A DNA stretch of 41,368 nucleotides from a virus. Lineage: Duplodnaviria > Heunggongvirae > Uroviricota > Caudoviricetes. The position numbers and the translations under genes are program-made. The notes beneath the pieces are model-generated. The model searched no databases, was not told the DNA's origin, and saw only the letters and a program-made list of their open reading frames with translations. Positions 18,267-29,527 of this stretch are shown piece after piece; the stretch's first letter is position 1, and every line of letters begins with the position of its first letter. The stretch is from IMG/VR virus record IMGVR_UViG_2671180984_000033; one strand, given 5' to 3'.

Positions 18267-18774
18267 GATTGTCATCGCGGCATTTTTCTTCTCTGTCTTT
18301 GGGGCGCTCGTCTGGTCTGCAAACCATTACCACAGCAAGTATCAGGCAGAAAAGTTGCGGGCTGATAAAGCGGAAGGTGAAGCTGAATATCAAGGGAAAG
18401 TGATAGCTAATCAGGCATTAAACTTCAATCGTTTTAACCAGATAGCAGAAAACGCAAGCCGATTAAATTCTCTGGTCGACATCGATCACGAGAAGACAGT
18501 CATCAAATACCGTGAGGTTCTGCTCCGTGAAAAGAACTGTGATTTCCCTGTTCCTGTTGATATTGCTGTCGGGTTGCTCAACTACGCGAACCGTTTACGC
18601 GCCAGCGCATTGCACGCCGATTCCGGGGACATTGACTCAGCCGGTGATCGTGCCACTACCACCAGAACGTTGACATATTGCCAGGCTGTTCTGTGGATTA
18701 ACCCATTGTTGGCAGCCATCGAGAAGGCGAATAACCAGTTGGCTGGTGTCCGACAAATAGAACAGTCCCGGTAA
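18250..18774 (+). CDS. Rz: Rz-like inner-membrane spanin
   Basis: N-terminal transmembrane helix then coiled-coil region; SANHYH motif similar to lambda Rz; overlaps the end of R. Confidence 0.7.
   Translation: MKLTYKIVIAAFFFSVFGALVWSANHYHSKYQAEKLRADKAEGEAEYQGKVIANQALNFNRFNQIAENASRLNSLVDIDHEKTVIKYREVLLREKNCDFPVPVDIAVGLLNYANRLRASALHADSGDIDSAGDRATTTRTLTYCQAVLWINPLLAAIEKANNQLAGVRQIEQSR
18527..18673 (+). CDS. Rz1-like outer-membrane lipoprotein spanin, embedded in the +1 frame of Rz
   Basis: My translation from a GTG start gives VKRTVISLFLLILLSGC (signal peptide with lipobox) then a Pro-rich segment ending PLPPER; not in the ORF track because it is under 60 aa. Confidence 0.5.
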   Translation: MKRTVISLFLLILLSGCSTTRTVYAPAHCTPIPGTLTQPVIVPLPPER

Positions 18775-18835
18775 TAGCATTACAGAAGCTCTTCCTGGAG
18801 GGGCTTCGATAATGACCTGATAACTGGAAAATAAA

Positions 18836-19408
18836 ATGACTAAGAAGCTGAAAGCAAAACACGAGGTGTTTTGTCGCGAGTTTCTTGTCGATCTGAATGC
18901 TACACAAGCAGCTATTCGCGCAGGCTACGCCTCCAGGCGAGCACATGTTACGGGGGCTGAACTATACGGTAAACCTGAGATACGCGCCCGTATTAACGAG
19001 CTAAAGCAGGAGCGTATTGATCAACTGGGCATTGATGCGAATTATGTGCTGATGCGACTGGTTGAGATCGACAGGCTCGATGTGGCTGACATCCTGGAGG
19101 ACGATTTAAGTATTAAGCCTCTGTCTGCGTGGCCGGAATCGTGGCGTCGGTACCTGAGTGGATTTAACCTCGCTGAAATGTTTGAGGGGCGAGGAGATGA
19201 CAGAGAAATGGTCGGGATCCTTAAAAAGATTAAGTGGCCTGATAAGGTTAAAAACCTTGAGTTGCTTGGGCGTCATGTTTCTGTTCAGGCGTTTAAAGAC
19301 AATGTCAAAAATGAAGTGACTGGCGCTGATGGAGGACCAGTCAGAACAGAAATTACCAACTTAACGCCGGAGCAGGCTGCAGAGGCGTATAGAAAAATGA
19401 TGGGCTAA
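18836..19408 (+). CDS. Terminase small subunit
   Basis: N-terminal [24 protein letters not shown] matches the usual terminase small-subunit signature; directly upstream of the large subunit. Confidence 0.8.
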   Translation: MTKKLKAKHEVFCREFLVDLNATQAAIRAGYASRRAHVTGAELYGKPEIRARINELKQERIDQLGIDANYVLMRLVEIDRLDVADILEDDLSIKPLSAWPESWRRYLSGFNLAEMFEGRGDDREMVGILKKIKWPDKVKNLELLGRHVSVQAFKDNVKNEVTGADGGPVRTEITNLTPEQAAEAYRKMMG

Positions 19409-19410
19409 GT

Positions 19411-21033
19411 ATGCCGTTACCATTCCCCTTCGATTTTAAACATCCTGATTACCAGATGGTTTTTGAATGGCGGATGGAACGCTTACAGCGCATTCGCCAG
19501 AACCCTGAAATATTGCCAGCACTAAAACAGTTTTACCGAACCAACCCGGCTCAGTTCATCATCGACTGGGGCATGACAACGGACCCGCGTAATATTGATT
19601 ATGGCCTGCCGGTGACCATTCCGTTTTTACTCTTCCCTAAGCAGGAGGAGTGGATCCACTGGATTATGGAACGCTGGGGCAATCGGGAGAATGGTATTAC
19701 CGAAAAATCCCGTGAAATGGGGCTCAGTTGGACCGCGATCGGACTGGCCTGCTCGCTTTGTCTCTTCAACAAAGAAATGGTTATCGGTTTCGGCTCCCGT
19801 AAAGAGGAATACGTCGACAGCACCGGTGACCCGAAAGCATTGTTCTGGAAGGCGCGCAAGTTCGTGGAAACACTGCCTGTAGAGTTTCGCGGTTCGTGGA
19901 GCGAGAAGAAGCACGCGCCATATATGCGTGTTGAGTTTCCTGAAACTGGTGCCGTTATCAAAGGCGAGGCTGGCGATAATATTGGTCGTGGTGACCGTAC
20001 CACGCTTTATCTGGTTGATGAGGCTGCATTCCTTCAGCGTCCTCTGCTGATTGATGCGGCGTTGTCACAAACGACGCGTTGCCGTATCGACCTGAGTTCA
20101 GTTAACGGCATGGCTAACCCGTTCGCTCAGAAGCGTCATGGCGGGAAGATACCGGTATTCACATTCCACTGGCGGGATGATCCTCGCAAGGATGAAGAGT
20201 GGTATCGCAGGGAATGCGAGAAAATCGATAATCCGGTGGTGGTGGCACAGGAACTTGATCTGAACTACAGCGCATCAGCGGAAGGCGTCCTGATTCCATC
20301 CGAATGGGTACAGGCTGCCGTTGATGCGCATATCAAACTGGGTATCCAGCCAACAGGCAAACGACTTGGCGCGATGGATGTCGCCGACGAAGGCAGGGAC
20401 AAAAATGCCTTTTCCACCCGTCATGGCTTCCTCCTGGAAAATGTGCGGGAATGGTCCGGTGTGGGCAGCGACATTTATCAGTCCGTCGAGAAGGTTTTCG
20501 GCTTTTGCGAACAGGACAACCTCGAAGAGTTTCGCTTTGACGAGGACGGGCTGGGCGCTGGCGTTCGCGGCGATGCACGCGCTATCAACGAACTGCGTAA
20601 CGCTGCGCGTCGACCGTCAATACTTGCCACACCGTTTCGAGGTAGTGGCGCGGTATTTGATCCGGATGATGAAGCTGTTCGCGGGGACAACGGGCAAGCC
20701 GCACGTCTGAACAAGGACTTCTTCGCTAACGCCAAAGCCCAGAGCTGGTGGCGGTTACGTAAACTTTTTCAGAATACCTGGCGCGCCGTGGTTGAAGGTA
20801 TGGCTTACAACCCGGACGAAATCATCTCAATCAGCAGTAGCATGGCACTCAAAGATAAACTCATCATCGAGCTTTCGCAGCCGACCTATTCCATTAATGG
20901 TGTGGGGAAAATAGTTATTGATAAACAGCCTGATGGAACCCGATCGCCAAACCTTGCCGACTCGGTGATGATCAACTATGCCCCAATGAATTCAGCCCTG
21001 AACATCTGGGAGCTGCTAGGGAGACAGGCCTGA
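19411..21033 (+). CDS. Terminase large subunit
   Basis: 540 aa with ATPase and nuclease-like regions (LYLVDEAAF); position between small terminase and portal. Confidence 0.8.
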   Translation: MPLPFPFDFKHPDYQMVFEWRMERLQRIRQNPEILPALKQFYRTNPAQFIIDWGMTTDPRNIDYGLPVTIPFLLFPKQEEWIHWIMERWGNRENGITEKSREMGLSWTAIGLACSLCLFNKEMVIGFGSRKEEYVDSTGDPKALFWKARKFVETLPVEFRGSWSEKKHAPYMRVEFPETGAVIKGEAGDNIGRGDRTTLYLVDEAAFLQRPLLIDAALSQTTRCRIDLSSVNGMANPFAQKRHGGKIPVFTFHWRDDPRKDEEWYRRECEKIDNPVVVAQELDLNYSASAEGVLIPSEWVQAAVDAHIKLGIQPTGKRLGAMDVADEGRDKNAFSTRHGFLLENVREWSGVGSDIYQSVEKVFGFCEQDNLEEFRFDEDGLGAGVRGDARAINELRNAARRPSILATPFRGSGAVFDPDDEAVRGDNGQAARLNKDFFANAKAQSWWRLRKLFQNTWRAVVEGMAYNPDEIISISSSMALKDKLIIELSQPTYSINGVGKIVIDKQPDGTRSPNLADSVMINYAPMNSALNIWELLGRQA

Positions 21034-22499
21034 TGGCACGAAACAAACAAGCCCTGCGGCGAACTGCGCAGGCCACAGCTGATGGTTATGAGAATTTTAT
21101 TGCCCGCGTAGGGATGCAGACACCTAACCAGCACTCAGCATCCACCTACCGGGCTAATTTCACCAGTCGTAACCGCATGCTGGTGGAATGGTCCTATCGT
21201 TCGTCCTGGATCATCGGCGAAGCGGTCGATGCTATCCCGGATGATATGACCCGCAAAGGCATTCGCATCACTTCGGAAATTGATGCAAAAGATCGCGGCA
21301 TTCTCGAATCACAACTGGATGAGTTGCAAATCTGGGATGCGCTGAATGACGTGCTGAAATGGTCGCGCCTCTACGGCGGCGCGGTGGGTTTCATCATGAT
21401 TGAGGGGCAGGCACCAATGACCCCGCTGCGACCCGAAACCATCGGTAAGGGCAAGTTTAAGGGGATTCTCCCGCTCGACCGCTGGATGATTGACCCGGTA
21501 CTGACCCGCCGCATTAAAGATATGGGGCCGGACCTGGGTAAACCTGAGTTTTACGATGTGGTGACCACAGCAACGGGAATTCCTGCCTGGCGCATTCATC
21601 ACAGTCGACTGATTCGCTTTGATGGCGTCACGCTGCCATTTCAGCAGAAGATGACCGAGAACGAATGGGGAATGTCGGTTGTAGAGCGTATCTGGGATCG
21701 TCTTACCGCGTTCGACAGCGCTACTGTCGGCGCGGCGCAGCTGGTCTACAAGGCGCATCTGCGTACCTACAGCGTGGAGAAGCTACGTGAGCTTATCGCA
21801 CTTGGTGGTCCTGCGTATGAAGCGTTGCTGAAGAATATCGACCTGATTCGACAGTTCCAGAGTAATGAAGGCATGACGCTCATGGACTCGCGGGATAAGT
21901 TTGAAACCCATCAGTACAGCTTCAGTGGTCTGGATGACATCCTTTCGCAGTTTGCAGAACAGATTAGTGGCGCTGTTGGTATCCCACTGGTGAGGTTGTT
22001 CGGACAGTCCCCGAAAGGATTTTCTACCGGTGATGCAGACCTTGCCAACTATTACGACCGGGTAAGCTCGTTACAGGAGAGGCGTTTACGTCTTCCGGTG
22101 CGGCGGATACTGGACATCATGCATCGTTCGGAGCTTGGCAAGCCGCTGCCGGACGATTTCACGTTTGAGTTTAACCCGCTCTGGCAAATGTCTGATGTCG
22201 ATCGCTCAACGGTGGCGTTAAACACTACCAACGCAATCAGTACGGCGCTGGGTGATGGTCTGATGACACTGAAAGCCGCTATGACTGATTTGCGCGAAAA
22301 TTCTGACGTAACCGGCATCGGGGCATCCATTACCGACGAGGACATCGAGAATGCCGAAGATGAAGCGCCGCCCGGCATCGGCGAACCTGATGACGAACCG
22401 CAGGAACCGTCAGGCGGAAATCCGCTATCGAACCAGCCTACGCAGGATAGCGCGGGCGGTCGGAGACATCGTAAATGGTCGCTACGATGGTTCAAATGA
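21033..22499 (+). CDS. Portal protein
   Basis: 488 aa immediately after the terminase with 1-nt overlap; acidic C-terminal tail. Confidence 0.65.
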   Translation: MARNKQALRRTAQATADGYENFIARVGMQTPNQHSASTYRANFTSRNRMLVEWSYRSSWIIGEAVDAIPDDMTRKGIRITSEIDAKDRGILESQLDELQIWDALNDVLKWSRLYGGAVGFIMIEGQAPMTPLRPETIGKGKFKGILPLDRWMIDPVLTRRIKDMGPDLGKPEFYDVVTTATGIPAWRIHHSRLIRFDGVTLPFQQKMTENEWGMSVVERIWDRLTAFDSATVGAAQLVYKAHLRTYSVEKLRELIALGGPAYEALLKNIDLIRQFQSNEGMTLMDSRDKFETHQYSFSGLDDILSQFAEQISGAVGIPLVRLFGQSPKGFSTGDADLANYYDRVSSLQERRLRLPVRRILDIMHRSELGKPLPDDFTFEFNPLWQMSDVDRSTVALNTTNAISTALGDGLMTLKAAMTDLRENSDVTGIGASITDEDIENAEDEAPPGIGEPDDEPQEPSGGNPLSNQPTQDSAGGRRHRKWSLRWFK

Positions 22500-23124
22500 C
22501 AGTATCACGGAAATTATTGAGGCGCTGGAACGCTACAGTGAAATCATCACCCCCTGGGCGACAAAGGTCGCGGAAAACTTTACTGCGGACCTAACCCGGC
22601 AGAACGAGAAAGTTTGGCGGCAACACAGCAAGAACATCAGTCGCGAGCTCCGCAATCTTGTGGAAAGCGCTCCTGTGGGCCAGGTGATGCAATCCATCAT
22701 CGCCGAACAGGTCAAGTACATCAAATCGCTCCCCCTCGAGGCGGCTGACAGGGTGTACGACATCCAGAATCGGGCGATAGAAGCTGTTGTGACCGGTGGG
22801 AGAGCAGAACATTTTGCTAAAGAAATAGCCGCATCGGGTGATATAGCAAAGTCCAGAGCTGACCTGATTGCCCGTACTGAACTTGGACGTGCAACCGGCG
22901 CGCTGGATCAGGCGCGTGCGCTGTCAATTGGTTCGAATGGTTATATCTGGCGTACAGCCGAAGATGGTGACGTCAGGCATTCTCATCGGGAAATGGAAGG
23001 TAAATTTGTCGAATGGGGCAAACCTCCAACGCTTGACGGCATGACCGGTCACGCTGGCGAGCTCCCGAATTGTCGCTGTTATAAAGAAATCGTTTTTCCC
23101 ACCTCCCAATCTTATCCCGCCTGA
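22351..23124 (+). CDS. Head morphogenesis protein (Mu F / SPP1 gp7-like)
   Basis: C-terminal WRT.EDG.VR.SH....G...E motif typical of this family; no in-frame start exists downstream of the portal stop, so the ORF overlaps the portal 3' end. Confidence 0.65.
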   Translation: MPKMKRRPASANLMTNRRNRQAEIRYRTSLRRIARAVGDIVNGRYDGSNDSITEIIEALERYSEIITPWATKVAENFTADLTRQNEKVWRQHSKNISRELRNLVESAPVGQVMQSIIAEQVKYIKSLPLEAADRVYDIQNRAIEAVVTGGRAEHFAKEIAASGDIAKSRADLIARTELGRATGALDQARALSIGSNGYIWRTAEDGDVRHSHREMEGKFVEWGKPPTLDGMTGHAGELPNCRCYKEIVFPTSQSYPA

Positions 23125-23138
23125 ATCGCAGGTAACAC

Positions 23139-24359
23139 ATGAAATATTTTTTCAATACCCGGCTGGGGGAAACCCGCTATCAGCTGGCTGACGGCTCGTT
23201 GCTGTGCAGAGACGTGCCGATAGGACGAACAGGTAAGCAGCTCTATGGTGCTGATGACTTGCCAAAACTGAAACCCGATAAGTTCGGTGAAATAGTCGTC
23301 ACGCGTTCTCCTGAGCAGGTATTCCATCCGGCCACGCTTGCCTCATTCGAAGGGATGAGCATCACGATTCTGCATCCTGAAGATGAAAACGGGAATGTGC
23401 GGCTGGTAAATCCCGAGAACTGGAAAGAGCTTGCTGTCGGGCACCTCCAGAATGTCCGGCGCGGGACGGGTGAGCAGTCTGATTTGATGCTGGCTGACCT
23501 TATCGTCAAAGACGAAAACGCCATTCAGCTTATCGAAGATGGCCTGCGCGAAGTGTCGTGCGGCTATGACGCGGAGTACGAGCAGACCGAGCCAGGTAAA
23601 GCTGAGCAGGTCGATATTACCGGAAACCATGTGGCTCTTGTCCCTAAAGGCAGAGCCGGAAATCGTTGTGCAATTGGAGACAGAGACACAATGGCAAATC
23701 AAAAGAAAAACTGGTGGAACCGCATGCGTGCGGCCATCAAGACAGGAGATGCCGACACCATGAACGAACTGGTGGAGTCGGCTCCCGCATCGGTTACAGG
23801 AGATGAGGGGGATTTGCCGCAGGGCGTTAATCTCAATATCAACCTGTCCCCGCAGCAACCACTACCGGACAAAGCACCAGAGATGGATGGAGGTCCAACC
23901 GGCGACAGTGATGATGACCTCAAAACATTACTGAAAGCCCTGCTGGCTAAGCTGGAAGGAAATGCCACGGGCGATAACGATAATAAGCCTGACGATAATC
24001 CGACCGGTGACGGCGAGGACGATGAAGAGGAAACCACGATTACTGGTGACTCAGCCTGGCGTGCCGAAGTTATCGTTCCGGGTATCGATCTGAGCCGTAA
24101 GATGAAACCGACCGAGTTCAAACGCGAGGTTCTGGCTTCCGCAGATAAAAAGCTGGTTCGCCAGATCGTCGGTGATGCGGATATCCGCAAATTGCCGAAA
24201 CAATCGGTCGACATGGCGTTTAATGCCGTGTCTGAGATTGCCAAAGGGCGAAACACCCGCGCCACCACCGGCGATGCACAGCGCCCAAACATGGGCATGA
24301 CCAGTATCGCTTCCCTGAACAAACAAAACGCTGAATTCTGGGCAAACCGTAAAGGGTAA
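23139..24359 (+). CDS. Putative head scaffold/protease-like protein (DUF2213-like)
   Basis: 406 aa with a long acidic Gly/Asp/Glu-rich middle; lies between the morphogenesis and capsid genes. Confidence 0.45.
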   Translation: MKYFFNTRLGETRYQLADGSLLCRDVPIGRTGKQLYGADDLPKLKPDKFGEIVVTRSPEQVFHPATLASFEGMSITILHPEDENGNVRLVNPENWKELAVGHLQNVRRGTGEQSDLMLADLIVKDENAIQLIEDGLREVSCGYDAEYEQTEPGKAEQVDITGNHVALVPKGRAGNRCAIGDRDTMANQKKNWWNRMRAAIKTGDADTMNELVESAPASVTGDEGDLPQGVNLNINLSPQQPLPDKAPEMDGGPTGDSDDDLKTLLKALLAKLEGNATGDNDNKPDDNPTGDGEDDEEETTITGDSAWRAEVIVPGIDLSRKMKPTEFKREVLASADKKLVRQIVGDADIRKLPKQSVDMAFNAVSEIAKGRNTRATTGDAQRPNMGMTSIASLNKQNAEFWANRKG

Positions 24360-24362
24360 AAA

Positions 24363-24869
24363 ATGAAAAATGTATTTCTGTACCGGATGCCTGTTGGCAT
24401 TGCCGGGGCTGTCTCTCGCCCGCAGGACTTAACCGTCGAACCGGTGGTCCTTAAATCCGATGACGCCTTCGCTGCCTATGGGCTGGCTGGTAAATACGAT
24501 GATGACGGTTTTTTCGTGCCGCTGGCAGATGGTGATACCGCAGACAAGGTGAAGGGGATCTACGTGCGCCCTTATCCGACCACGTCGCAGCCGGACATGG
24601 TTCGCCAGGTGGGAACAGGCAAGAACTTCCCTGGCGACGCCATGAAGCGTGGCTACGTGACTGTTAATCTCGGTTCTGATTTTGATGCCAGCACCATCAA
24701 AAAAGGCGACCCGGTATACGTTGTCGTCTCCACTGATGAATCCATCAAAGTGCCGCTGGGTGGATTCATGTCCACGTCAGTCAGTGGCAAAAATGTGATG
24801 CTGACCAACGCTGAATTCACAGGTGCCGGTGATGCTGACGGCAATGCAGAAATTTCCTGGAAGATTTAA
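24363..24869 (+). CDS. Head structural protein (possible decoration protein)
   Basis: 168-aa ORF immediately upstream of the major capsid gene. Confidence 0.4.
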   Translation: MKNVFLYRMPVGIAGAVSRPQDLTVEPVVLKSDDAFAAYGLAGKYDDDGFFVPLADGDTADKVKGIYVRPYPTTSQPDMVRQVGTGKNFPGDAMKRGYVTVNLGSDFDASTIKKGDPVYVVVSTDESIKVPLGGFMSTSVSGKNVMLTNAEFTGAGDADGNAEISWKI

Positions 24870-24880
24870 GGAACAGACGA

Positions 24881-25822
24881 ATGATTACTTTTGATCAGGC
24901 AACCGTTGACAGCTCTGGTGCCTTTCTCATCGGGGAGCTGGAGCGACTCGACCAGACGCTGAACCTGCCACTGGTGGGGTACACCTGGACCCGCGATATT
25001 CAGTTGCGTGAAGATGTCTCTATCGCAGATGACATTTCCAGCTGGACGAATACCAGCTTCGCCGCTGCGGGTACTGGTGCAAATCCGAATGGCAAAAACT
25101 GGGTAGGCAAAGACTCAACCGCTATTGCTGGCGTGAACGTGGATATCGGCAAATCCGGTAACCCGCTGAACCTGTGGGGGATGGAACTTGGCTGGACGGT
25201 CATAGAATTGCAGGCTGCTCAGCAGGTCGGACGCCCGATCGATACGCAGAAGTATGACGGGATGCAACTGAAATGGCAGATGGATAACGATGAACAGGTG
25301 TATGTTGGCGATTCCGCATTAAACCTGAAAGGTCTTGTTACCCTGGACGGTGTGCCTGTCAACAACGCTGCCAAAACGTGGGCAACCTCAACACCGGACG
25401 AAATCCGCGCAAGCATTAACCAGGTGCTGTCTGATGCGTGGGCCGCTTCCGGTTACTCTGTGGTTCCGCGTGATTTGCTGATCCCGCCTGAGCAGTTTGC
25501 TCTGTTGTCCAGCATCATCGTTTCATCTGCGGGTAACCAGTCCCTGTTGACGTATCTTCAGACCAACACCATCAGCTATCACCAGAACGGTGTTCCGCTG
25601 AATATCCGCGCGGTTAAATGGCTGAAAGGCCGTGGTGTGGGGAAAAAGGATCGCATGGTTGCGTACACCAACGATAAAAAATACGTCCGCTACCCGCTGG
25701 TTCCGCTTCAGAGCGTGCCGGTGCAGTATCGCGGTCTGTATCAGATCGTCACTTACTACGGCAAGCTGGGTGCGGTTGAGCCAGTGTACAAAGAAACCAT
25801 TTCGTACGTTGATGGCATTTAA
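24881..25822 (+). CDS. Major capsid protein
   Basis: 313-aa ORF in the capsid position of the head module. Confidence 0.6.
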   Translation: MITFDQATVDSSGAFLIGELERLDQTLNLPLVGYTWTRDIQLREDVSIADDISSWTNTSFAAAGTGANPNGKNWVGKDSTAIAGVNVDIGKSGNPLNLWGMELGWTVIELQAAQQVGRPIDTQKYDGMQLKWQMDNDEQVYVGDSALNLKGLVTLDGVPVNNAAKTWATSTPDEIRASINQVLSDAWAASGYSVVPRDLLIPPEQFALLSSIIVSSAGNQSLLTYLQTNTISYHQNGVPLNIRAVKWLKGRGVGKKDRMVAYTNDKKYVRYPLVPLQSVPVQYRGLYQIVTYYGKLGAVEPVYKETISYVDGI

Positions 25823-25864
25823 CAGCCACATGGCCCCCTGGCGGGGGCCATTAAGGATGACCCG

Positions 25865-26086
25865 ATGGCAAAAAATAATGCAGTAATACACGTACATACC
25901 CCGTTTGTGCTCACGCTTCCCGACGGTTCACGGCGCGAGTTTGTTAAAGGCAGTCATGCTGTGGAGGAAGACGTTGCCACGCACTGGTTCACTCGTGCGC
26001 ACGCAGAAGTATCCGTTGGCAAAGCCACAGATGCACGTAACGAGGTAAAAAATGCCAAAGAATCAAAGTCTGCCAGCGGTAAGTGA
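25865..26086 (+). CDS. Hypothetical small head-module protein
   Basis: 73-aa ORF after the capsid gene. Confidence 0.35.
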   Translation: MAKNNAVIHVHTPFVLTLPDGSRREFVKGSHAVEEDVATHWFTRAHAEVSVGKATDARNEVKNAKESKSASGK

Positions 26087-26459
26087 TTTTCGCCGCGACT
26101 TCCCGCAGTTTGCTGACCCTGCCAAATATCCCGAAGCGCAAATCCAGTTTCGTCTGAATCTGGCCGATGAACTGCTGAGTGAAAACGTCACCGGCAAAAA
26201 GTTGTTTCCGTACTTTGCCGGATTGTTCGTTGCGCACTACATGACGCTCTGGGCGGCAGACAGCCGGGCGATGCTGGCTGGTGGTCCGGGCGGTTCAACC
26301 AATGGTGTTCAGTCCTCAAAGTCCGTTGACAAGGTAAGCGTCAGCTATGACACCAGCGCGACGCTGAATCCTGATGCAGGTTTCTGGAATAACACCCGAT
26401 ATGGCGCTGAATTTTATCAGTTGATCACGATGTTCGGTGCAGGCGGTCGCCAGCTATGA
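26052..26459 (+). CDS. Head-tail connector/adaptor protein
   Basis: 135-aa ORF in the neck-gene position. Confidence 0.45.
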   Translation: MPKNQSLPAVSDFRRDFPQFADPAKYPEAQIQFRLNLADELLSENVTGKKLFPYFAGLFVAHYMTLWAADSRAMLAGGPGGSTNGVQSSKSVDKVSVSYDTSATLNPDAGFWNNTRYGAEFYQLITMFGAGGRQL

Positions 26460-27010
26460 GTTTCAAAAGCGGTGTAACAACGAGGGTGGATAACGCTAAG
26501 GCCATTCTGGATGCGCTCAGGTCGTTAACCAAAAAAGATGTGCTGGTCGGCATCCCTTCGGAAGACAGCGAGCGGGATGATGTTCCGTTTGGTAATGCGG
26601 GCATCGGTTACCTCAACGAATACGGCTCACCAGAGCAGAACATCCCGCCACGACCTCACCTGGTCCCCGGCGTTAAATCGGCAGAAGAGCAGACGGTGCC
26701 GCAGCTCAAAGCCGCGGCGCAGGCTGCTCTTGATGGTAATGCTGCGGGAGCAGAACGCGCACTCAACCGTGCCGGAACGCTGGCCGTTAATGGCGTCAGG
26801 CGTTACATGACCATTACCGGCTTTACGCCGCTTGCTGACAGTACTGTTGAAGCCCGGGCTCGTCGGGGGCGCAAGGGGGCAACACTGGAACTTGCCCGGC
26901 GTGCTGCTGGCGAATCTCCGGGAACCGAACTGGCGAAACCATTAATTGATACCGGGCAATATCGCAGAGCTATTACCCATGTTGTGAGGGATAAAAATGC
27001 CGACTCTTGA
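26456..27010 (+). CDS. Head completion / neck protein
   Basis: 184-aa ORF, overlapping starts in the neck block. Confidence 0.4.
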   Translation: MSFKSGVTTRVDNAKAILDALRSLTKKDVLVGIPSEDSERDDVPFGNAGIGYLNEYGSPEQNIPPRPHLVPGVKSAEEQTVPQLKAAAQAALDGNAAGAERALNRAGTLAVNGVRRYMTITGFTPLADSTVEARARRGRKGATLELARRAAGESPGTELAKPLIDTGQYRRAITHVVRDKNADS

Positions 27011-27386
27011 TGTAACAGATGTGCTTTTTGACCCCGATTTTTGCGACTTCAATTTGTGGGTAACACGCCGTGTGCAAACGGTGGATGAGGACGGGATCGG
27101 CAGAGACAGCGAAGTTAAAAAGCAGTTTGCCGGAGTCGTAACTGTTGATCGCTCTCTGGAAAACCGTCGTATGCAGGCCGGGCAGGTAATCAGCGGTGCA
27201 ATTCTGATTGTGACGACTGAGCGACTGACGCAGGGACAGACTGGCCGTGATGCCGATATCGTGACGTATCAGGGCCGTGATTATCGTGTGACCTTCGTCG
27301 ACCCGTATACAGCTTATGGGGCCGGATTCGTTCAGGCGCATTGTGAGTTGATGCCGTTTGATGGGGGAACTCCGGTTGAGCAATAA
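26997..27386 (+). CDS. Neck / tail completion protein
   Basis: 129-aa ORF in the neck block. Confidence 0.4.
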   Translation: MPTLDVTDVLFDPDFCDFNLWVTRRVQTVDEDGIGRDSEVKKQFAGVVTVDRSLENRRMQAGQVISGAILIVTTERLTQGQTGRDADIVTYQGRDYRVTFVDPYTAYGAGFVQAHCELMPFDGGTPVEQ

Positions 27387-27924
27387 CACCAGTACAGAGC
27401 GCGGATGGTTAATACCAACCAGTGGCGATCCGGATTATGACGAAGCGCTCGACAGGCTGTTAAGCCAGTGGATGCGTAACGTTTCCGGTCTGTCTGCCGG
27501 GATGGTTCGCCCGCGCTGGCAGAAAGAGCAGCCGCCACTGCTACCGGCTGAAACGAACTGGTGTGCGTTTGGGGTTATCGGATGGTCAGGTGATGACAGT
27601 CCGGCATTCACCAGACAGACCGATGATGGCTCTCAGCTCTGGCGGCATGAAACGATTGAGTGTATGGCTTCGTTTTATGGTCCGGCGGGGATGGTGTATG
27701 CGTCCCGGTTTCGTGACGGTATATCTGTACCGCAGAACAATGCAGCACTGAATGCGCTGGGGCTGTCTCTTGGCGATTACACAGGTCTGACTCCCTTCCC
27801 TGAACTTATTAATCAGCAATGGGTCCGCCGCTACGATATGACGGTGCGTCTGCGCCGGAAGGTTGTGCGCGAGTACGGTATTAAATCGCTGGTGGAAGCA
27901 CCAGTCATCTTTTTCGGAGATTAA
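27358..27924 (+). CDS. Tail completion / sheath terminator-like protein
   Basis: 188-aa ORF immediately before the sheath gene. Confidence 0.4.
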   Translation: MMGELRLSNNTSTERGWLIPTSGDPDYDEALDRLLSQWMRNVSGLSAGMVRPRWQKEQPPLLPAETNWCAFGVIGWSGDDSPAFTRQTDDGSQLWRHETIECMASFYGPAGMVYASRFRDGISVPQNNAALNALGLSLGDYTGLTPFPELINQQWVRRYDMTVRLRRKVVREYGIKSLVEAPVIFFGD

Positions 27925-27927
27925 GCT

Positions 27928-29073
27928 ATGGCACAGGGCTTGCCTGTATCAAACGTTGTTAATGTTGATGTGATCATGTCGCCGCGTGCAGCATCAGGGC
28001 GAAATTTTGGTGCATTACTCATTCTCGGCCCGTCCACAATCATTCCGGTAAGTGAGCGCATTCGCCGTTATTCTGCCGCGGAAGATATTGGAAAAGATTT
28101 TGGCGTGGAATCACCAGAATATAAGGCTGCGCAGGTGTTTTTCTCACAATCACCGAAACCTCAGGAGGTTTTTGTTGGTCGTTGGGTGAAAACGAAGGGA
28201 GACAGCGAACAGGCCACGCCTGAGACGCTGGAGCAGGCTGTGAATGCCATGCTCGATTATACTTCATGGTATGGGCTGGGGATTGCAGACGATGCAGATA
28301 TTCCGGATGCAGACTGGCTGAAAGTGGCTGCGGCGATCGAATCCTCTTCTGTAAGCCGTATTCTGGCGATTACGACAAGCGATGAGAAATGCCTGCAGAC
28401 TGCATCCAGAGATGATTTGGCATCAAAACTGAAAACCGCCGGATATTCACGCAGTTTTATTCAATATTCATCGGGTAATAAATACGCTGCGTTATCTGCA
28501 TTTGGCCGGGCATTCACGGTTAATTTCAATGGCAGTAATACCGCGATTACGCTCAAGTTTAAGCAGGAGCCGGGTGTCGGGTATGAAACACTGACAGTCA
28601 GCCAGGCATCGGCACTTGATGCAAAAAACTGCAATGTATTTGTGTACTACCAGAATGATACGGCTATCCTCCAGCAGGGAGTGATGGCTAACGGCGATTT
28701 CTTTGATGAACGTCACGGCCTGGACTGGTTACAGAATTATGTGCAGACCAACCTCTATAACCTGCTTTATACCAGCACCACGAAAGTTCCCCAGACTGAA
28801 GCCGGTATTACCCGACTGTTATCAAATGTTGAAAAATCACTGGATCAGGCCGTTCAGAATGGACTGATTGCTCCGGGCGTATGGAACGGGGGCGACCTTG
28901 GTCAGCTGTCATCAGGTGACACACTGCCCAAAGGTTATTACGTATACGCCCAGCCGCTGGATGAACAGGCACAATCAGAACGTGAAGCCCGTAAGGCTCC
29001 GGTGATTCAGGCTGCAATAAAACTTGCAGGCGCGGTTCATTACGCTGACGTACAGATTAACGTTGTTCGCTAA
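27928..29073 (+). CDS. Tail sheath protein (DUF3383-like)
   Basis: 381 aa, followed by a tube-like gene and a chaperone-tape measure pair. Confidence 0.55.
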   Translation: MAQGLPVSNVVNVDVIMSPRAASGRNFGALLILGPSTIIPVSERIRRYSAAEDIGKDFGVESPEYKAAQVFFSQSPKPQEVFVGRWVKTKGDSEQATPETLEQAVNAMLDYTSWYGLGIADDADIPDADWLKVAAAIESSSVSRILAITTSDEKCLQTASRDDLASKLKTAGYSRSFIQYSSGNKYAALSAFGRAFTVNFNGSNTAITLKFKQEPGVGYETLTVSQASALDAKNCNVFVYYQNDTAILQQGVMANGDFFDERHGLDWLQNYVQTNLYNLLYTSTTKVPQTEAGITRLLSNVEKSLDQAVQNGLIAPGVWNGGDLGQLSSGDTLPKGYYVYAQPLDEQAQSEREARKAPVIQAAIKLAGAVHYADVQINVVR

Positions 29074-29083
29074 GGGGAAGTGA

Positions 29084-29524
29084 ATGTCTACCTATTCTTT
29101 TATGGATGTCACTGCGACGCTGACCGGGCCGACCGGTTCGATTGACCTCGGGTACAGTTCTGCAAGTTCTGAAGAGGGGATTGTGGTTGCGATGGGCGGT
29201 CCTAAAAACACCATGACCATCGGTGCTGATGGCGAAGTGATGCACAGTCTCCATGCAGATAAAAGCGGGACGATTACCGTTAACCTTCTGAAGACATCAC
29301 CGACAAATAAAAAATTGTCGCTGGCGTATAACGCACAGAGCCAGTCTTCTGCCACATGGGGGAATAACGTTATCGTGATCCGCAACAAGGTCAGCGGCGA
29401 CATCATCACGGCACGCAGTGTTGCGTTCCAGAAACAACCGGATAACGCCAACGCTAAAACCGGTAATACGATGCCGTGGGTGTTTGACTGCGGCAAGATT
29501 GACCAGGTTCTCGGGGAGTTTTAA
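29084..29524 (+). CDS. Tail tube protein (DUF3277-like)
   Basis: 146-aa ORF between sheath and chaperone. Confidence 0.55.
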   Translation: MSTYSFMDVTATLTGPTGSIDLGYSSASSEEGIVVAMGGPKNTMTIGADGEVMHSLHADKSGTITVNLLKTSPTNKKLSLAYNAQSQSSATWGNNVIVIRNKVSGDIITARSVAFQKQPDNANAKTGNTMPWVFDCGKIDQVLGEF

Positions 29525-29527
29525 TAC

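Noticed and set aside
23699-24400. 233-aa minus-strand ORF inside the scaffold-like gene
   Set aside because: Antisense to a coherent plus-strand structural operon; Ser/Pro-rich low-complexity translation.
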